64,000 bases of DNA from Eledone cirrhosa (GCA_964016885.1 OZ024740.1:307954001-308018000), one strand, 5' to 3'; shown: positions 22,778 to 36,899, numbered from the stretch's first letter. The notes: a model not told the origin generated them from the letters alone. Translations and numbers: made by a program.

Positions 22778-25286
22778 TAGTGACAGAGGATGGAGACATC
22801 GTTATGCTAGCAGGAGACTTCAATGGTCATGTTGGACAGCTCCAGGATGGTTACACTGGGGTACATGGGGGGCACGGTTACGGCTCAAGAAATGAAGAAG
22901 GAGTGAGACTTCTTGAATTTTGTGATGCAGGTACATTGACTATTTGCAACACAAACTTCCAGAAACCTGCCAATCACCTAATAACCTACAAATCTGGTGA
23001 GCACATAAGCCAGATTGACTTCTTACTAGTTAGGCAGCGGGACAGGCAGATAGTGTCTAATACCAAGGCATACCCTGGGGAAGAATGTACCCCACAGCAT
23101 AGGTTAGTCGTTAGTGATATCTCAGTAAGCAAGAGATAGAATGAGACATACAGGAAGGTGTGGAGAAGAAAGGTCTGGAAGCTAAAAGACCTTTCACTAA
23201 AATACAAATTTAGGAAAGCCCTTCAAGATGTATATGACGAAAAAGAAGTCGATTTAGAGACGTATGACATAGATAATAACTGGAATTTTTACGTGACAAC
23301 TTGCTGCAGGCTACTGATGAAACTTGTGGCTGGAGCAGAGCTCCAACCAGACAGAGAGTGACCTGGTGGTGGAACAGCACAGTAGATAAGGCCATTAGAG
23401 ACAAAAGACTAGCATGGAAGGCTTGGAAAAAGGGTGGGAGTCGGGAAGAATATACAGCCACTAAGAGAGAAGCTAGACGTCAGGTGTACTTAGCACGCAG
23501 GGAGGCGGAGAGTAGGAGGTTTGCCAATGTTCTGCGACGGGAAGATCAGAGGCGTGCGGTGTTCCACATTGCAAGGCAGTGTGTCAATGCAAATCAGGAT
23601 GTTGTTGGAGATAAATGTGTCGGGGATGATGCCGGTGTACTTAGTGTCACGAATGATTAGAAAAAGGAGGCCTGGAAATGTCATTATGAGAGACTGATGA
23701 ATGTGGAGAACGAATGGGAGAGAGAGAAATTACCCTTAGTAGATCCGACAGAGGGACCAGCTATTGAGATTGACGAATATAGGGTCCAAGAGGCGATTAG
23801 GGAAATGAAAAATGGTAAGGCTGCTGGAATAGTTGCTGAGATCCTGAAGGCATCAGGGGACGTAGGCACTAAACTGGTTGCACGCATCATCAATCAGGCT
23901 ATATATGGTGGTGTCATACCCAAAGACTGGTGCAGCAGTATTCTTATAAATTGCTACAAAGGTAAAGGGGATGCTCTCGAGAGGAGCAATTATAGGGGTA
24001 TAAAACTGATGGATCAGGTTATGAAAGTGGCAGAGAGAATATTAGCACAACTAATTAGAGAAAGGGTCAAACTAGATGAGATGCAGTTTGGTTTTGTGCC
24101 TGGGAAGAGTACAACAGACGCCCTCTTCTTGGTGAGACAATTGCAAGAGAGGTTCTTAGAGAAAAATAAGCCACTATACTTAGCCTTTGTTGACCTAGAG
24201 AAGGCCTTTGATAGGGTACCCCGATCTGTCATCTGGTGTTGAGGAATGGCTTGTGAGGACAGTGCAAACTTTGTACAGAGGTACTCTCTTGTTCATTATA
24301 GTCCTCCAAGTCATAACAGAGGAGTTTAAGACTGGCTGTCCATGGGAACTTCTCTATGCTGATGATCTGGTTCTTATAGCAGAATCAGTAGAGGAACTAG
24401 AAAATAAATTCTGGCTATGGAAACAGCAGTTGGAAGCAAGAGGACTGAGAGTGTTGATGAGTAGAAAAGAGGACAAAACCCTGATTCCAGCAGAAAAGGA
24501 ACTGGCATAAATTCTATAAAATGCACACAATGCAGATCCTGGGTACACAAGAGATGTAGTGGGCTAGCAGGCAAACTAACAGGTAGGAGAAATACGTATG
24601 CAGTAGATGTACAGGGAAATTAGACAGTAGAAGTCGCATTGATAGACACATTTTTCAAATGCAGGTGGGTGCTATAGAAGTGGTGGATAGCTTCCGGTAC
24701 CTAGGAGATCAGATTAGCATGGGAGGTGGGTGTTCCGAGGCCATAGTATCTAGAATAAGGACGGGTTGGAAGAAGTTTAGGGAGCTGCTTCCTCTGTTGA
24801 CGAAGAAGGGTTTCTCCCTGCGTACGAAAGGCCGGTTGTATGATGCCTGTGTGAGGAGCGCGATGCTGCATGGTTGTGAGACATGGGCAGCAACTGCAAA
24901 GGATATGCGACGGCTGGAGAGAAATGAGGCAAGCATGCTCCGTTGGATGTGCAGTGTCAATGTGCGTGAACGACCCAGCATAAATGTGTTGAGAGAGAAA
25001 CTGTGTCTGAGAGGGATAGAATGTAGTGTACGGGAGAGGAGACTGAGGTGGTATGGACATGTGATGCGCATGGAGGATGACCGATGGGTGAAGAAGTGCC
25101 AGGAATTGCCAGTTGAAGGAAGACGTGGTAGAGGTAGACCATGAAAAACATGGGCGGAGGTGGTGAGAACAGACCTCAGATCATTGAAGCTGACTGTGGA
25201 GATGACGAAGGACCGTGACGAGTGGAGAGATGCTGTGCTGAATAAGACCCATCCCACCCTTGCAAGCAGGGAAAAGCGGACGTAAA

Positions 25287-25321
<35 letters not shown>
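22778..25321 (+). mobile_element. RTE-clade LINE (family A), 5'-truncated, APE + RT, with frameshifts, stops and deletions
   Basis: APE motifs AGDFNGHVG, SQIDFLL, PQHRLVV; RT motifs NYRGIKL, EMQFGFVPGKSTTDA, FVDLEKAFDRV, LLYADD, FRYLG, LHGCETW, RLRWYGHV; (GAT)n tail. Confidence 0.95.
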
Positions 25322-25322
<1 letters not shown>

Positions 25323-25324
25323 TA

Positions 25325-25519
25325 GGGCGGTGGATTGGCAGTATCAGTAGAGGGTCGGATCCTATGCTTTGACGCATAGAGTTACGCCCCTTTCCATTCT
25401 GAGTTCAAATCCCGCCGAGGTTAACTTTGCCTTTCATCCTTATGGGGCCGATAAAATAAAGTACCAGTAATGCATTGGGTAATTGCTGGCCTTGTGCCAA
25501 AAGTATAAACAATTATTAT
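25325..25519 (+). mobile_element. Nin/Deu-domain tRNA SINE
   Basis: Near-identical to 8351-8545; further copies at 30390-30720(-), 36576-36800, 41619-41808 and 55875-56020 (partial). Confidence 0.88.
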
Positions 25520-25599
25520 AGTAGTGTCTTTCACAAAAAGGTTAAACTAGGCAATGGATTAAGTCTACCTACAAAATAGATCACAGAGATTTGTCCAGC

Positions 25600-26660
25600 C
25601 TTATCCTCACCCTCACTGCAATGCCATTCATATCCCCTCTGCTATCACTCTTTAGCTTTTCACCCCTCTGAAATCCTTAGAAATCGTCCCTATCACATTT
25701 TAGTAGCTACTTTTTCCATCCCTGTGTCTCACCACATAGTCCATACCCCTCCACTACCATTTCTTAGCTATTCTAATCATCTAAAAATCTCCCCTCTCTA
25801 AAAATCCTGATACACTCACCCTGCTATCAGATATCACCCATCCCTCCTATTCATCACTTTGTCAAATCCCATCACACTTGCCATACATCAATAACATCAT
25901 ACTTACCTCCCTTCTCTCCCCTACCACACAGACCAGAAATGATTCTTCAGTTGAAACAATAACTGACAACATCTCTAGTGCTGGTGCCCCCAAAATGCAC
26001 CCAGTACACCTGTAAGGTGGTTGGCAACTAGAAGGGCACTCCACTGTAGAAACTATGCCTAAAAAGGGTCAACAGGATCCTTCAGTTTTTTCAATGACAT
26101 GGCAGTATCTCTAGTGCTGGTAATTTACATGATAAACTTACCCAGTCCACACTGGAAAGTGGTTGGTGATAGGAAAGGCATCTAGCCATAACAAGCTTGC
26201 CAGACAAAGAGTCAGGAGAACCCTTCAATTGTGTCAAAGATATGACAACCTCGCTTGTGCTAGTGTGATGATAAAATGCACTGAGTAGAGTGAGACACTA
26301 TATGTAACGAAGATGTGGGCCTGTAGCCTGTCTGGGAGGTCAGTTGCCTTACTTGAGTATTGACTCGGTCTGTGAAGATTTGTCCAACCTTTACTAGCTG
26401 GGAAAATGGATATTAACCCGTTAGCATTTAAACCGGCCATATCTGGCCAGGATCGTCTCACCTCTTTCTGTTCAAACCAGTTGTAATTGGCCACTCATAC
26501 TGATGTTAAGGTATTGTTCTCAAAATAAATAATATCAAAATCTCGTAGATTCAATATCATGTGAGATAATTATGTGAGGTAATGCCTTTACCATGAAAAT
26601 ACAATAGTGTATATAGAGTAATGTAAATGCTAAAGGGTTAAACGATGAAGATGATGATGG
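25600..26660 (+). mobile_element. Tandem-Meta-unit non-autonomous element with a MITE inserted in its tail
   Basis: Homologous to 2335-3240(-); tail GGGAAAATGGATATTAA|ACGATGAAGATGATG is split at TTAA. Confidence 0.65.
26413..26641 (+). mobile_element. piggyBac-type MITE
   Basis: TTAA-CCCGTTAGCATTTA...TAAATGCTAAAGGG-TTAA. Confidence 0.9.
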
Positions 26661-26887
26661 TGATAATATATATGTATGTGTGTGTTTGTGTGTGTAGCAA
26701 TAACTGTAAGTATGAAAAAGGAAAAAAAAAAAGAGTGCTTAGTTAGGAATAGAGCAGAAATATTATATTATATATTTATGTTCGTACATGGAAAAAAAGT
26801 GCTACTCATTTTTGCTGGACTGACAATCACTCTGTATAATTAGCACCTGATTATTACTGGAATTCTATAAGAATCCAGCTTCTATCA

Positions 26888-26978
26888 TTTTCGGCGGAAG
26901 CAGTGGGGTGCGTGGTTCTGATGAACGCCAACCAGCATGAAACAGACTATCAGCCTCTCTCCCTTCTTTCGCTGAAAA
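26888..26978 (+). ncRNA. Type I hammerhead ribozyme with extended stem I
   Basis: GGTT-CTGATGA-ACGC CAACCA GCAT-GAAA-CAGACTA-TC-AGCC (26914-26955); distal helix TTTTCGGCGGAAG/CTTTCGCTGAAAA with G-U pairs; single mismatches in stems II and III. Confidence 0.78.
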
Positions 26979-27156
26979 TAAGTAAGTGACATAGTCACTA
27001 CTTTAAAACTGATATCGTATGGTCTTCTAAATGCTTTTAATTAAACATACGATATATTGCCAAATATACTATACATACATTCATATATATATATAAGACC
27101 CGTCCCACCCATGCAAGCAGGGAAAAGCGGACGTAAAATGATGATGATGATGATGA

Positions 27157-27223
<67 letters not shown>

Positions 27224-28059
27224 TATATACATATATATATACATATATACATACACACATATATATATATGTATATATATGTGTGTGTGTGTGTTCATGC
27301 GTGTGTACATATGCATACAATTACATTTTTATGTTATTCAATATTTTTATGCATGTGAGTATCAAGTTATTGTCATCTACTTTTCCCATTTCACATACAT
27401 TATGACTATACATTATGTGCAACAGACCTGATGCAGTGTTCTACCTGATGCACTTGCTACTTCCTTGCCAAGTAAGTGATACTTAATAATGCATTTCTGA
27501 GTCTCTGAGGTAAAAACTGCAGGTGAACACCAAAAATATACATGTTCTGTCATCATTATTGTATACATTATGTATGTAGTTTTCTAAAAGAAGTATTTAT
27601 GCTTTCATCACTTGATGGGTAGTGTGTGTGTTGGGTTTGTTGCTTGGCAGGGTGTCACCACACTCTGCTTATCAGTAGTTTAGTTTGCTAATAGTTACAT
27701 TTTTATGGATTAATCAGGAGAAGAAGGACAGTGACCATGATCTTTTTACATGGGCTCTAATATGGGTGGTGGGAAGAGGTTGGGGCGAAACTGGGATTCC
27801 TGACCTCAATGCTTGCAAAGTAGACTTTTGTAAATTCACCCAATAGTAGCATCCAGAGGTTTGGTGATTGTATATCTCTAAAACGTAAGTATAAGGCTTA
27901 GTACTCAGAAATGTGAGCAAGGAAGACATTTTAAATATGTAAAAACAGATGAAATAATAAATATGGCTGATTTTAAATTTATTTTAATGCAATGTTTAAG
28001 TCCTGTTTCCAAAATGAGATCTGTCAGAAAATACTTCAACCACTTCATTTTGTACATCA

Positions 28060-29172
28060 GTTGTAAGGATGGCAATCGGGAGTGATAATCCCAATTTTCA
28101 AAAAGGGAGACAAGAGTGATTGCTCCAATTTAGAGGGATCTCCTTGTTAAGCCTCCCCGGTAAAGTCTATGCTAAGTGTCTGCCATAGAGATGCAGAGAG
28201 ATTATCGAGTCCAAACTAGCTGATGAACAGTGTGGTTTTCATCCTGGACTCAGCACAGCTGACCAAATATTCACACTGCGGCAGGTCTTCAAGAAATTGT
28301 GGGAGTATTGCCAAGAGATATATACTTGTTTTGTCAACCTTGAGATGGCATATTACTGCATTCCTTGCAACCTGTTGTGGAAGGCTGTGCAGGAGTATGG
28401 GATTGATGGTCTGCTTCTTGTTGCTTTGATGCCTCTATATGAATGCTTGAGTATTTATGTTCAGATAAATGGTGCTTAGTCAAAACTATTCAATGTGGGA
28501 GTCAGACTCCAACTTTGTATACTCCACTTCTCTGTATATTCAGCTCTTCTGTTCACTATTTACATAAACAGGATTAATATGCACAGCTGGGTTGGAAGTG
28601 GTATCATAACTATTGGGTGTAAAATCAGTTGGCTGGAATTTGCAGATGATATGGTGTTGCTCAACTCGACAGAAGGTGATCTCTGATGTGCACTCAATAG
28701 GTTTGAATGCTGAGTGCTGCATGGCTTGAATGAAAATCAGTGCTGCAAAAACTGAGACACTCATCCTCTCAAGGAAGCCTGCGTGAATACAAGTGGCTGA
28801 AATAAGGTTCCTCTGAAGGGTCTTTGGAGTAATGTTATTTGATAGAGGGCATAGTTTGGAGATCAGAGTCACTTCATGTAGAGCCATTACTTCTCCAAAT
28901 TGAGAGATCACAGCTCCAATACTGTGGGCATGTGGTTAGAATGTCTCAGGAAAGAATCGGCGGACAGATTTTACAGGCAAAACCAATCGGCAGGAAACCT
29001 AGGGGTAAACCCCGAACAAGATGGTTGGATAAAATCCATGAGCTTGGCTGGTCTTGCTTGGGGATCTAGCCGGATCAGTTGGAGACAGTTGCTTCTGACA
29101 GGACCCGCTGGAAGGAGTGTTTGAGGACTCTTCCCCCACAACCCTCTCAGGAATAAGTGGGCAAAGAAGAAG
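28060..29172 (+). mobile_element. RTE family B fragment (RT to 3' end), degenerate
   Basis: VIIPIFKKGD, EQCGFHPG, LEFADDMVLL, YCGHVVRMSQER, RGKPRTRWLD; (GAA) tail. Confidence 0.9.
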
Positions 29173-29174
29173 TT

Positions 29175-30010
29175 GTTAGGAATTCCTTTTCAATGCTGAT
29201 TAAAGCCAAGTTGGTCCATGCCTCTTGTGATGTGAAAGACCACATCAATTTCAGTTTTGAAAATGATCTCTTTCACAATTTTCACTTGCAATTGAAAACT
29301 GTGAATGCACTGCACTTTGTCAGAAAGTCATCTCTTCTAAATTGCAGTAAAGATTCTAGTGCCTCTTAAGGATCTGAGGAAACTCTGTTTCCTCCTTCTT
29401 GAATGAACAGTACAAAACCAATAATTTAATTATACAACTGAATGACTGTCATATCATTTTCATTGTAATTTTGCAAAGTCCGAACATTCCTTTCTTAATC
29501 TCTCTCCCTTTCTTTATCCTCTTCAATTATAACTGAATTCAAATTCTGAAGAAATGGAAATTGCTCTCTTAAATCTTGAAGGTGAACATTGCAGTTTTCA
29601 ATTTTTGTTTTTAATTGGTACATGACCTCTACCATTACTATAGTCATTTCTTGTTGTTTAGTCAGTCCAATATCTCCTGCTGATTTTCTTGTCCAGGCAG
29701 TTGGTATTTCCCTTTTTTCACAATATTCAACAGCTGAATGTATTGTGGATAATTTCATCATTTTTTCAAATACAAGATATGAACAATCCATTTTAGATCA
29801 CAAGAAGCTTCAAGGAACCCCCTTTTTGAATCTTGCAAACGTTTTGAGACTTTCCCCACTGATGATAAAATTGGGTACCAACACTGGGTTCAGATATTGG
29901 ATGGGCACTTAGGAAATCTAATTGGGCACTATGCTGAATTGCCATATTAAATAGAGAACCCTGCATCATTCTTTGGTTGGATGCTCCATCCATCTTCCCC
30001 AATATGGATA
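29175..30010 (-). pseudogene. hAT transposase remnant
   Basis: Minus strand ~29180-29280 gives RSFSKLKL...SQEAWTNLALISIEKE (hAT C-terminal dimerisation motif); upstream ORFs 29495-29791 and 29793-30002 are consistent with degraded transposase. Confidence 0.7.
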
Positions 30011-31605
30011 CCTGGGGCCATAAAACCCTCAGCCCTCCTCACAGCATGATTCTGGCTCCCAAAGGATTAAATCTTGGTTGTCTTTGTTTAGCCCCAGGTT
30101 TGAGTATATTTATGATCAAATGTATTACAGCTATGACCATCCTGTCTCATTTTTCAGACATGGTGTATCTAACACTACATTATCCAATGTGTCCCTCTTT
30201 TTATAAGATGGGTGGAGTGGTTTAAAGAAAATTTGGTTGCTATTCTAGCAGGTGGAATGGCTCATAGATGTTGTTAGCTTTGATTCTCTAGTGGATAAAA
30301 CCTGTGGCTTGTTTAGATGATTGCTACCACTAACATGCAATATATTCTTGCAATGCTGGAATTTAAAAAAAACCCATCTTCACTTTAAATGATTCAGTTG
30401 ATAATGGTGGGATTTGAACTCAGTATATAAAGTACCATAACTAAATACTGCAAGGTATTTTGTCAAAGACTCAAATGTTTCTGCCAATCCACTGCCCTGA
30501 CCCTATTACTAATAATGGTTTCTAGTTTAGGTATTTAGAGGAAAGGGAAAGTCAGTCACATCGACCCCAGTACTTAACTGATACTTTATTTTATTAACAT
30601 TGGAAAAATGAAAGGCAAAATTGACCTTGGTAGGTTTTGAACTCAGAATGTAAATGGCTATAGCTAATTGCTGCAAGACATTTTGTTCAATGATCTACCA
30701 AGTCTGCCAATCCACTGCTCTTACCCTACTAAGAACTGTATTATACAAAGTGTCCTTCCATTTTTCAAAACAGTAAGGTGTACTTTTTTGAGATTTGGCT
30801 GCTATTTCTAGCATGTCAAATAATCATGTAGAGGATCCCTTGCTGGTTACCTATTTTTTGTTGTTTATTTATTGTTCATAACCATCATCCTCATCATTGC
30901 CATCCTCGTCATCAACACCATCATAATCGTGATTCTTGTTCTCATCATCCTCATTGTTGTCATCATGATCATCATAAATATCACCAAGGCTCCCCTGCAT
31001 AGCTCCTTGTCTTGCTCGACATAATAGCCCAAATCTACCTCAAATCATGGACTACAGCCTAAAAATGGAAGTACACATTAGATAATGTACTCCTAGATAC
31101 ACTTTTCCAGAAAAAAGATGCAATATCAAGGCTGAAATGCCTTTGAGATCATATGCCTGCTTAATCAAAAATGACTTGGGACTAAATAACAACAACAACC
31201 ATACAAACTATAGTAACATTTTGAGACATTAGAAAACTTAGATTACAATGAATTTTTAAAATCTTAATTTTTACTCTTTTGCAGGAGAAAAAAATGAAAC
31301 TGTTTAAATATGAAAAAGAACCTCCAGCCACACCATTCTTGTGACACTGTCCTCACCAAACCACCTTTCCATACTGTTTCTCTAATACTATCTCACTCAC
31401 TAACCTACCTTTGCTCCCTAACACCCAATACCAACACTATGGCTCCACAACTACCATTAGTTTCTAACAGTTTCATTAATCGTTTTTTGTGTAAAAATGT
31501 ACTAAATGATTATATCAGGGTAAGTACACTGCAGGTCTGTCCCATTCTGAAAACTGGAACAAAAACAAAACATAATGAACAGAAATTTAATTAAAAACCA
31601 AAGAG

Positions 31606-31722
<117 letters not shown>

Positions 31723-32427
31723 AATATCATGGCACATTGATTAGAATAGCAACATAATAGAAAAGTCAACCAAAAGTAATTCTCCAGGTTAAGTCCATAT
31801 ATTTTAGTTTGGTATACATATAAGTAGTTGAATGTTTCTTTTCATTAATTCCAGATAATACCATGATAGCTTAGAATTTAATTAAAACATAAATATTTCA
31901 TGGCAAATAGATTGTAGATGTGTGGTTTAATATTGGGAGCACTGAGAGAAAATGAAAAGGGTCAACTTATAATTTAAATTTCTGCTTCTCTTATTTCATT
32001 TCTAAATTGTAATGCTGTCTTTTTTTAAGGATTTTCTTTCTGTATTTTTTTTTATTATTGCCTATTTTCTATTATCTTATACTCAAAACAAAGGCAACAG
32101 TGTATTGTTGACTTTTAGAAATATATTCTTTCGACTGGATTTGCTGCTTAAGAAGAAAGATGCTTTTATCACTGAATTTTTTATCCTTCATGTGTGATAA
32201 TACATAAAATAACTATTTATATACAATAGTGATAGTTTGATTAATTTTAAAAATTGTCACTGTTTACTGTTTCTATATGTTGGATTGTCTCTAAGTGTAG
32301 TCAGAAAATTGGTTGGCCAATGGAGGTCTGTGTTGGCATGAATTGGATTAAAAATCAAAACTAAAAAGGTTTATAAATTAATTTCTAAGATTTTAATGTA
32401 AATGATATAAGACATTATAAGCAACAA

Positions 32428-32690
32428 CTTAAGCCTTTCATTGCCATATTTCTAATGAAAGACACTGCCTTTAATTTTCAAATAATTTTGAAAATAATCA
32501 AGAATTTTGAGGCATTTAGTAATATAGCTAACTGCCTCATTATTAAGTTGGTGCTTGGAACACAACTTAACAATGATTCTTAGATAAAATTATGATGGAA
32601 GGCTTTAGATAAATACAATCATTTTAAAACAAACAGTATTGTATCATAAAACCAGGGACAGTTTCAGGTAGTTTGATATCAAAAGGGTTA
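32428..32690. mobile_element. Degenerate piggyBac-type MITE, second family
   Basis: TTAAGCCTTTCATTGCCA ... TTGATATCAAAAGGGTTA; related ends at ~22389 and ~43247. Confidence 0.45.
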
Positions 32691-32859
32691 TGACATACAA
32701 GAGCCACAAGTCTACTGATTTTTTTTTTTTACTGACAAGTCACATCAGTGGTTATGTTTCTTTATTCTACCTCAAACTGGTACTTATAATATCTGAAGAT
32801 ATCTATGTTGTAGTATTGACTAATGTTCCATAAGAACCCTCTCTGATGTAGATTGTCAT

Positions 32860-32896
<37 letters not shown>

Positions 32897-33345
32897 GAGG
32901 GTATGCCTGCTAATTGATATGTCTGTTCCAATAGACAAGAATGTATCTATAAAAACATTTGAAAAATTGAGCAAGTATAAGGACCTGGAGATAGAAATTG
33001 GAAAAATGTGGAAATTGAGAACTAAAACAATACCAGTGGTTGTAGGCGCTCTGGGAATGATACCTAAGGGGTCTAATGATTACTTATCGCAAATCCCAGG
33101 AAACCCGTGTATAGGAGAAATACAAAAGATAGTACTAATGGGAACTGCCCATATACTAAGGAAGATTCTGTCAATATAAGTACATCACAAGTCTAAACAC
33201 TAAAGATGCATGTGTGAGTATGTATGTTCTTTCTTGAACATGGCGGACCTTGTTGTCTCTTGAGGTCACTGGTTGTGACTTGGTGATAACTCGTATGAAC
33301 ATAAAGCAAGATAAATGCAACTGTAATAATAATAATAATAATAAT
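32860..33345 (+). mobile_element. R4/Dong-like RLE non-LTR retrotransposon 3' end in a (TAA)n tract
   Basis: LIDMSVPIDKNV..KTFEKLSKYKDLEIEIGKMW...IPVVVGALG...IQKIVLMGTAHILRKIL*; (TAA)n on both sides. Confidence 0.88.
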
Positions 33346-33820
33346 GAAATATTGTGTACAGTGCTCAGGTGCACTACAACTCATCAAAAAGTGTATGTAT
33401 AGAACATAGGGTAATGTACAAACGTCAGGAAAATGAACAGTGCATGAGTCATGATATACACATGTGTGCATGTGTATGGAAGGGGTACATCAGGTGTAGT
33501 TTTGGCGTATTTCGGGAAGCATGAGGGTTTTAAAGGATGCAGTGTCTCGGCAGCTAACAACTGACACAGGCAGTTTGTTCCATGCTTCAGCAACTCTGAG
33601 CGTGAAAAAATGTTTACGAAAGTCATGGGAGCTGTGCTGTTTTCTGATTTTGTAGGCATGTCCACGTGTGTTAGACACATGGAGATCAAAAAGGTGCTCA
33701 GGGTTGTTGTTGGCGAGATGGTTAATAACTTTGTGGGTGTTTACCAAGTCCATTGCCAGACGTCAGAGCTTCAATGAATCCATGCCCAGGGAAGCAAGGC
33801 GTTCAGAGTATGGTAGATAC
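33346..33820 (-). mobile_element. CR1-clade LINE 3' fragment
   Basis: DLVNTHKVI...TRGHAYKI....RKHFFTLRVAEAWNKLP..VV. Confidence 0.85.
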
Positions 33821-33899
33821 TAATAACAGGGAGTGTAGAAGTTGAAGTTTCTTACAGTAACAAACAGTGTCACTGACATGTCTAGTTGTCTTTAATTTT

Positions 33900-36250
33900 T
33901 AGTATTTTGTTGTTTTGTTTGTGTGTATATGGTCTGTGGTTGTGATCTGTGTACAGCATGTGATGATGTGTACTATGTTGTTGTGCATGCTTTGCAGTTT
34001 ATTGTTGGTTGTAGTGAAGAAATTGGAAGTCTCAGTAGGACAGGCATGACCCCTAATGAATCTAATGTATTGTTTGTATCCAATGTTTTTTTTTCTGCTA
34101 CTTAGAGTAATCATGGTACTCGTGATTACTCTAAGTATATTTGTGCTTTGCTTTCTTTACTATGTCTTCAATGTGTTGTGAATGTTGTGGATGTATTGTA
34201 TGTAATTCTTTGTATTTTTGTTTTGTGTGTGTGTAATGTGTTTATGTTGTTGACTGAAATGGTTGGATTTCTAGTGATTAGTTTTGGAGTGGTTGTGCAA
34301 CAGTATTTAGAGAATGAGTGTGTACGTGTGTGAATATAATGTCATGTTTATATGAGGCTGCCTATATGTTTTAGTTGGAAAAAATGGGCATGACAACAGA
34401 TCCTTGCTGTATTTCCATTCAGGAAAGTAACAGTTCTTGAAGTGTTGTTCTTTTACACTCCTTAGGTTTGGCGATCTGACTGTTAGTTTCTAGTCAATGG
34501 TTTGTATTTTTGTTTAAGATGGTGTTGGGTGTTTTTTTGTATTACAGAATGGAACCAAAAGCTTTGCTGGTATTGATGGTAGTTAGAATAGTACATCATC
34601 ATCATCATCATCATTATTTAACATCCATCTTCCAAGCTGGAATGGGTTAGTACATGTGAGAGAAAATACATAATGGGTTCAAAGCTGTCAAATATTTTCT
34701 GTGTTTAGTTTATGTTAGGGTGGGTGAGTGTGGTGGTTTAAATTTGTCTTGTGTTGTGATTTGGAGAGAGGAATGTGGGGATTAATGATATCAAAGATTA
34801 ACTTTTCTAGAATGTCTAAAGGTGTGCATAGGGGGTAATGGGTCTCTATGATGTGACTTCAATTAAGTTGGGCTTTAGTATTGTTATGATTTTACATAGC
34901 TTCCAGATTCTGAGATTTTGTCAATGTTGTTATAAATAGTTGTAAATAGTGGTGAGTGCAGTGATTCAAGCCTTAAGTATGTTAATTATTGAGGCTTTTG
35001 GATTTTTACAGATCTCTATAGCTTCTTGTGGAAGTGTATGGCCTAGTGGTAAGGGTGCTGAACTTATAATCATAATGTTGTGGGTTCAATTCCTGGGATG
35101 CGTTGTGTGTTGTGTTTCTGAGCAAAACATTTCATTTCATGTTGCTCTAGTATATTTGGCTGAAAATGAGTACCAGCAATAGCTGGTGGTTTAATCCTGT
35201 GATGGACTGATGTCCTGTCCACGGGGGAGTTTTGTACTCTCAGTTGTTTCACGCTATGAAACCAGGATAAGCACCATCCTAATAAGCCTTCAAGCTTGAG
35301 ACAGACTTTAGATTTGACTATAGCTTCTTGAATATCTGACAGAAAGAATGGTTCAAAATCATGGTTCAACTAAGTGGTGTTTATTTGTTTATATTTGGTT
35401 CCTGACCTCTTTGTGTGATTTTTAGTGACTGAAATGTCTGATAGGGATGTTTACTTGGTGTTGCAATGTTGTTATATTATCTGAAGTTGTGACTGTGACA
35501 TGGAATGCTGTGTGACTGTTGCTGTTTATGGTTATGTTGTTAATTAGTCTAATTAATGCTGTATTGTTAGTTTTGTGGTTTATGTTAGATACAAATGTTT
35601 GACAGCTTTTTGGTTTGCTATGGTTATTATCTATTTACTTTTGTTTATTTATTTATTTGTCTATTTAAAGTTATTTCTTGCTTAGTTGTTTCATGTTCAG
35701 TTTTATTTAGGGTGTGTACGGGTTTTAGTGTATTGTGTTTGAGAATATCACTGGCTTGTATGGAGTTGCCTATTTCCTCTGCATAACTATGGTTATATTT
35801 TTATGTTGTCTTGTGTGATATCTTGTTTTCAATACATCTATGTTGGTGGTTGTGGTGTTGTTGAATTCTGAAAGCCTTGATCATGTTTCTTGATGAAACT
35901 ATATCCATTGTGCTTTTTTGAAATTTATAAAAGAGTTTTTTGCTTTTCTGTTCAAGTGTCTTGGCATGACACTTGACATGTTCTAAGGAAAGTTGCAGGA
36001 TTATTTGCCTAGAGGTTGTGGTAATTAGTTGTATGGAACAGAAGGTGATGTTTGAGAAAGAGTTATTGCAGATAGCATGGTGAGGTATGTATGTATGTTG
36101 ATGTGGTTTGTTCAGATTGGGAAATAATTTTAGTTGTGATGGTTTTGTTTCTTCTTATATTACCTGTATGATATGAAATCCAGGATGTGTTGAGTGCATT
36201 GAAGTTTCACTGAATCATAGTGTTTAGGAGAATTTTAAGGTGATGTGACT
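33900..36250 (-). mobile_element. Highly degraded I/Jockey-group LINE (APE + RT remnants)
   Basis: Minus-strand remnants: NFNA..TSW (~36190), WKLCKIITILKP...RPIT (~34880), INTSKAF (~34560), IQQGS (~34405); GT-rich plus strand. Confidence 0.55.
35028..35310 (+). mobile_element. Older tRNA-CORE SINE with a different 3' part
   Basis: TGGCCTAGTGG, GGTTCAATTCC, CTGAGCAAAACATTTCATTTC, then CCTGTGATGGACTGATGTCCTGTCCA. Confidence 0.75.
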
Positions 36251-36463
36251 GGAGTTAGCTCTGGATTAACCATTAAAGAAAATAAGTACATTTTTAGGAC
36301 CTCAAATAAAAAGGGCATTTTATCAGTACACTATATGGGAACATTTTTCTGTATACTGCATATATAGGTACCAACATTTTTCAGTGCTTAAGGCTTCTAA
36401 AAGTCTTAATCCAGCTTTGGCTGGAGTGTATAACTTGGTGAGGCTATTGCTAAGGTCAGTGGT

Positions 36464-36547
<84 letters not shown>

Positions 36548-36899
36548 TATATGTTTATTATATTAATTTGTGTGAGGGCAGTGGATTGGCAGTATCTACC
36601 GATACTGCTGGACACCAAGCTTCGCAGCATAGAGTTATGTCCCTTTACATTCTGATTTCAAGTCCTGCCAAAGTTAGCTTTGCCTTTTATCCTCACGGGG
36701 TTGATAAAATAAAGTACCAGTAAGCACTAGGGTCAATTTAATCGACTTTCCCCTCCCCTTCAAATTGCTGGCCTTGTGCCTAAAGTAGAATCAATTATAT
36801 TAATGTGTGTTTGTTGCTGGATTTTATTTTCAAAGCCTGCATTTCTTGTGTAGCGCCATATATTATTTTAGTAATGTTAATTTTAGTTTTATATATTAA

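Noticed and set aside
27430-31520. Plus-strand exon-like segments (27430-27471, 27718-27883, 31285-31519) with AG and GTAAGT boundaries
   Set aside because: The largest testable one (27718-27883) has stops in all frames and there is no other support; RNA data would be needed
36257-36420. Possible hAT-type MITE (CTGGATTAA/TTAATCCAG)
   Set aside because: The inverted repeat is too short and no TSD is identifiable
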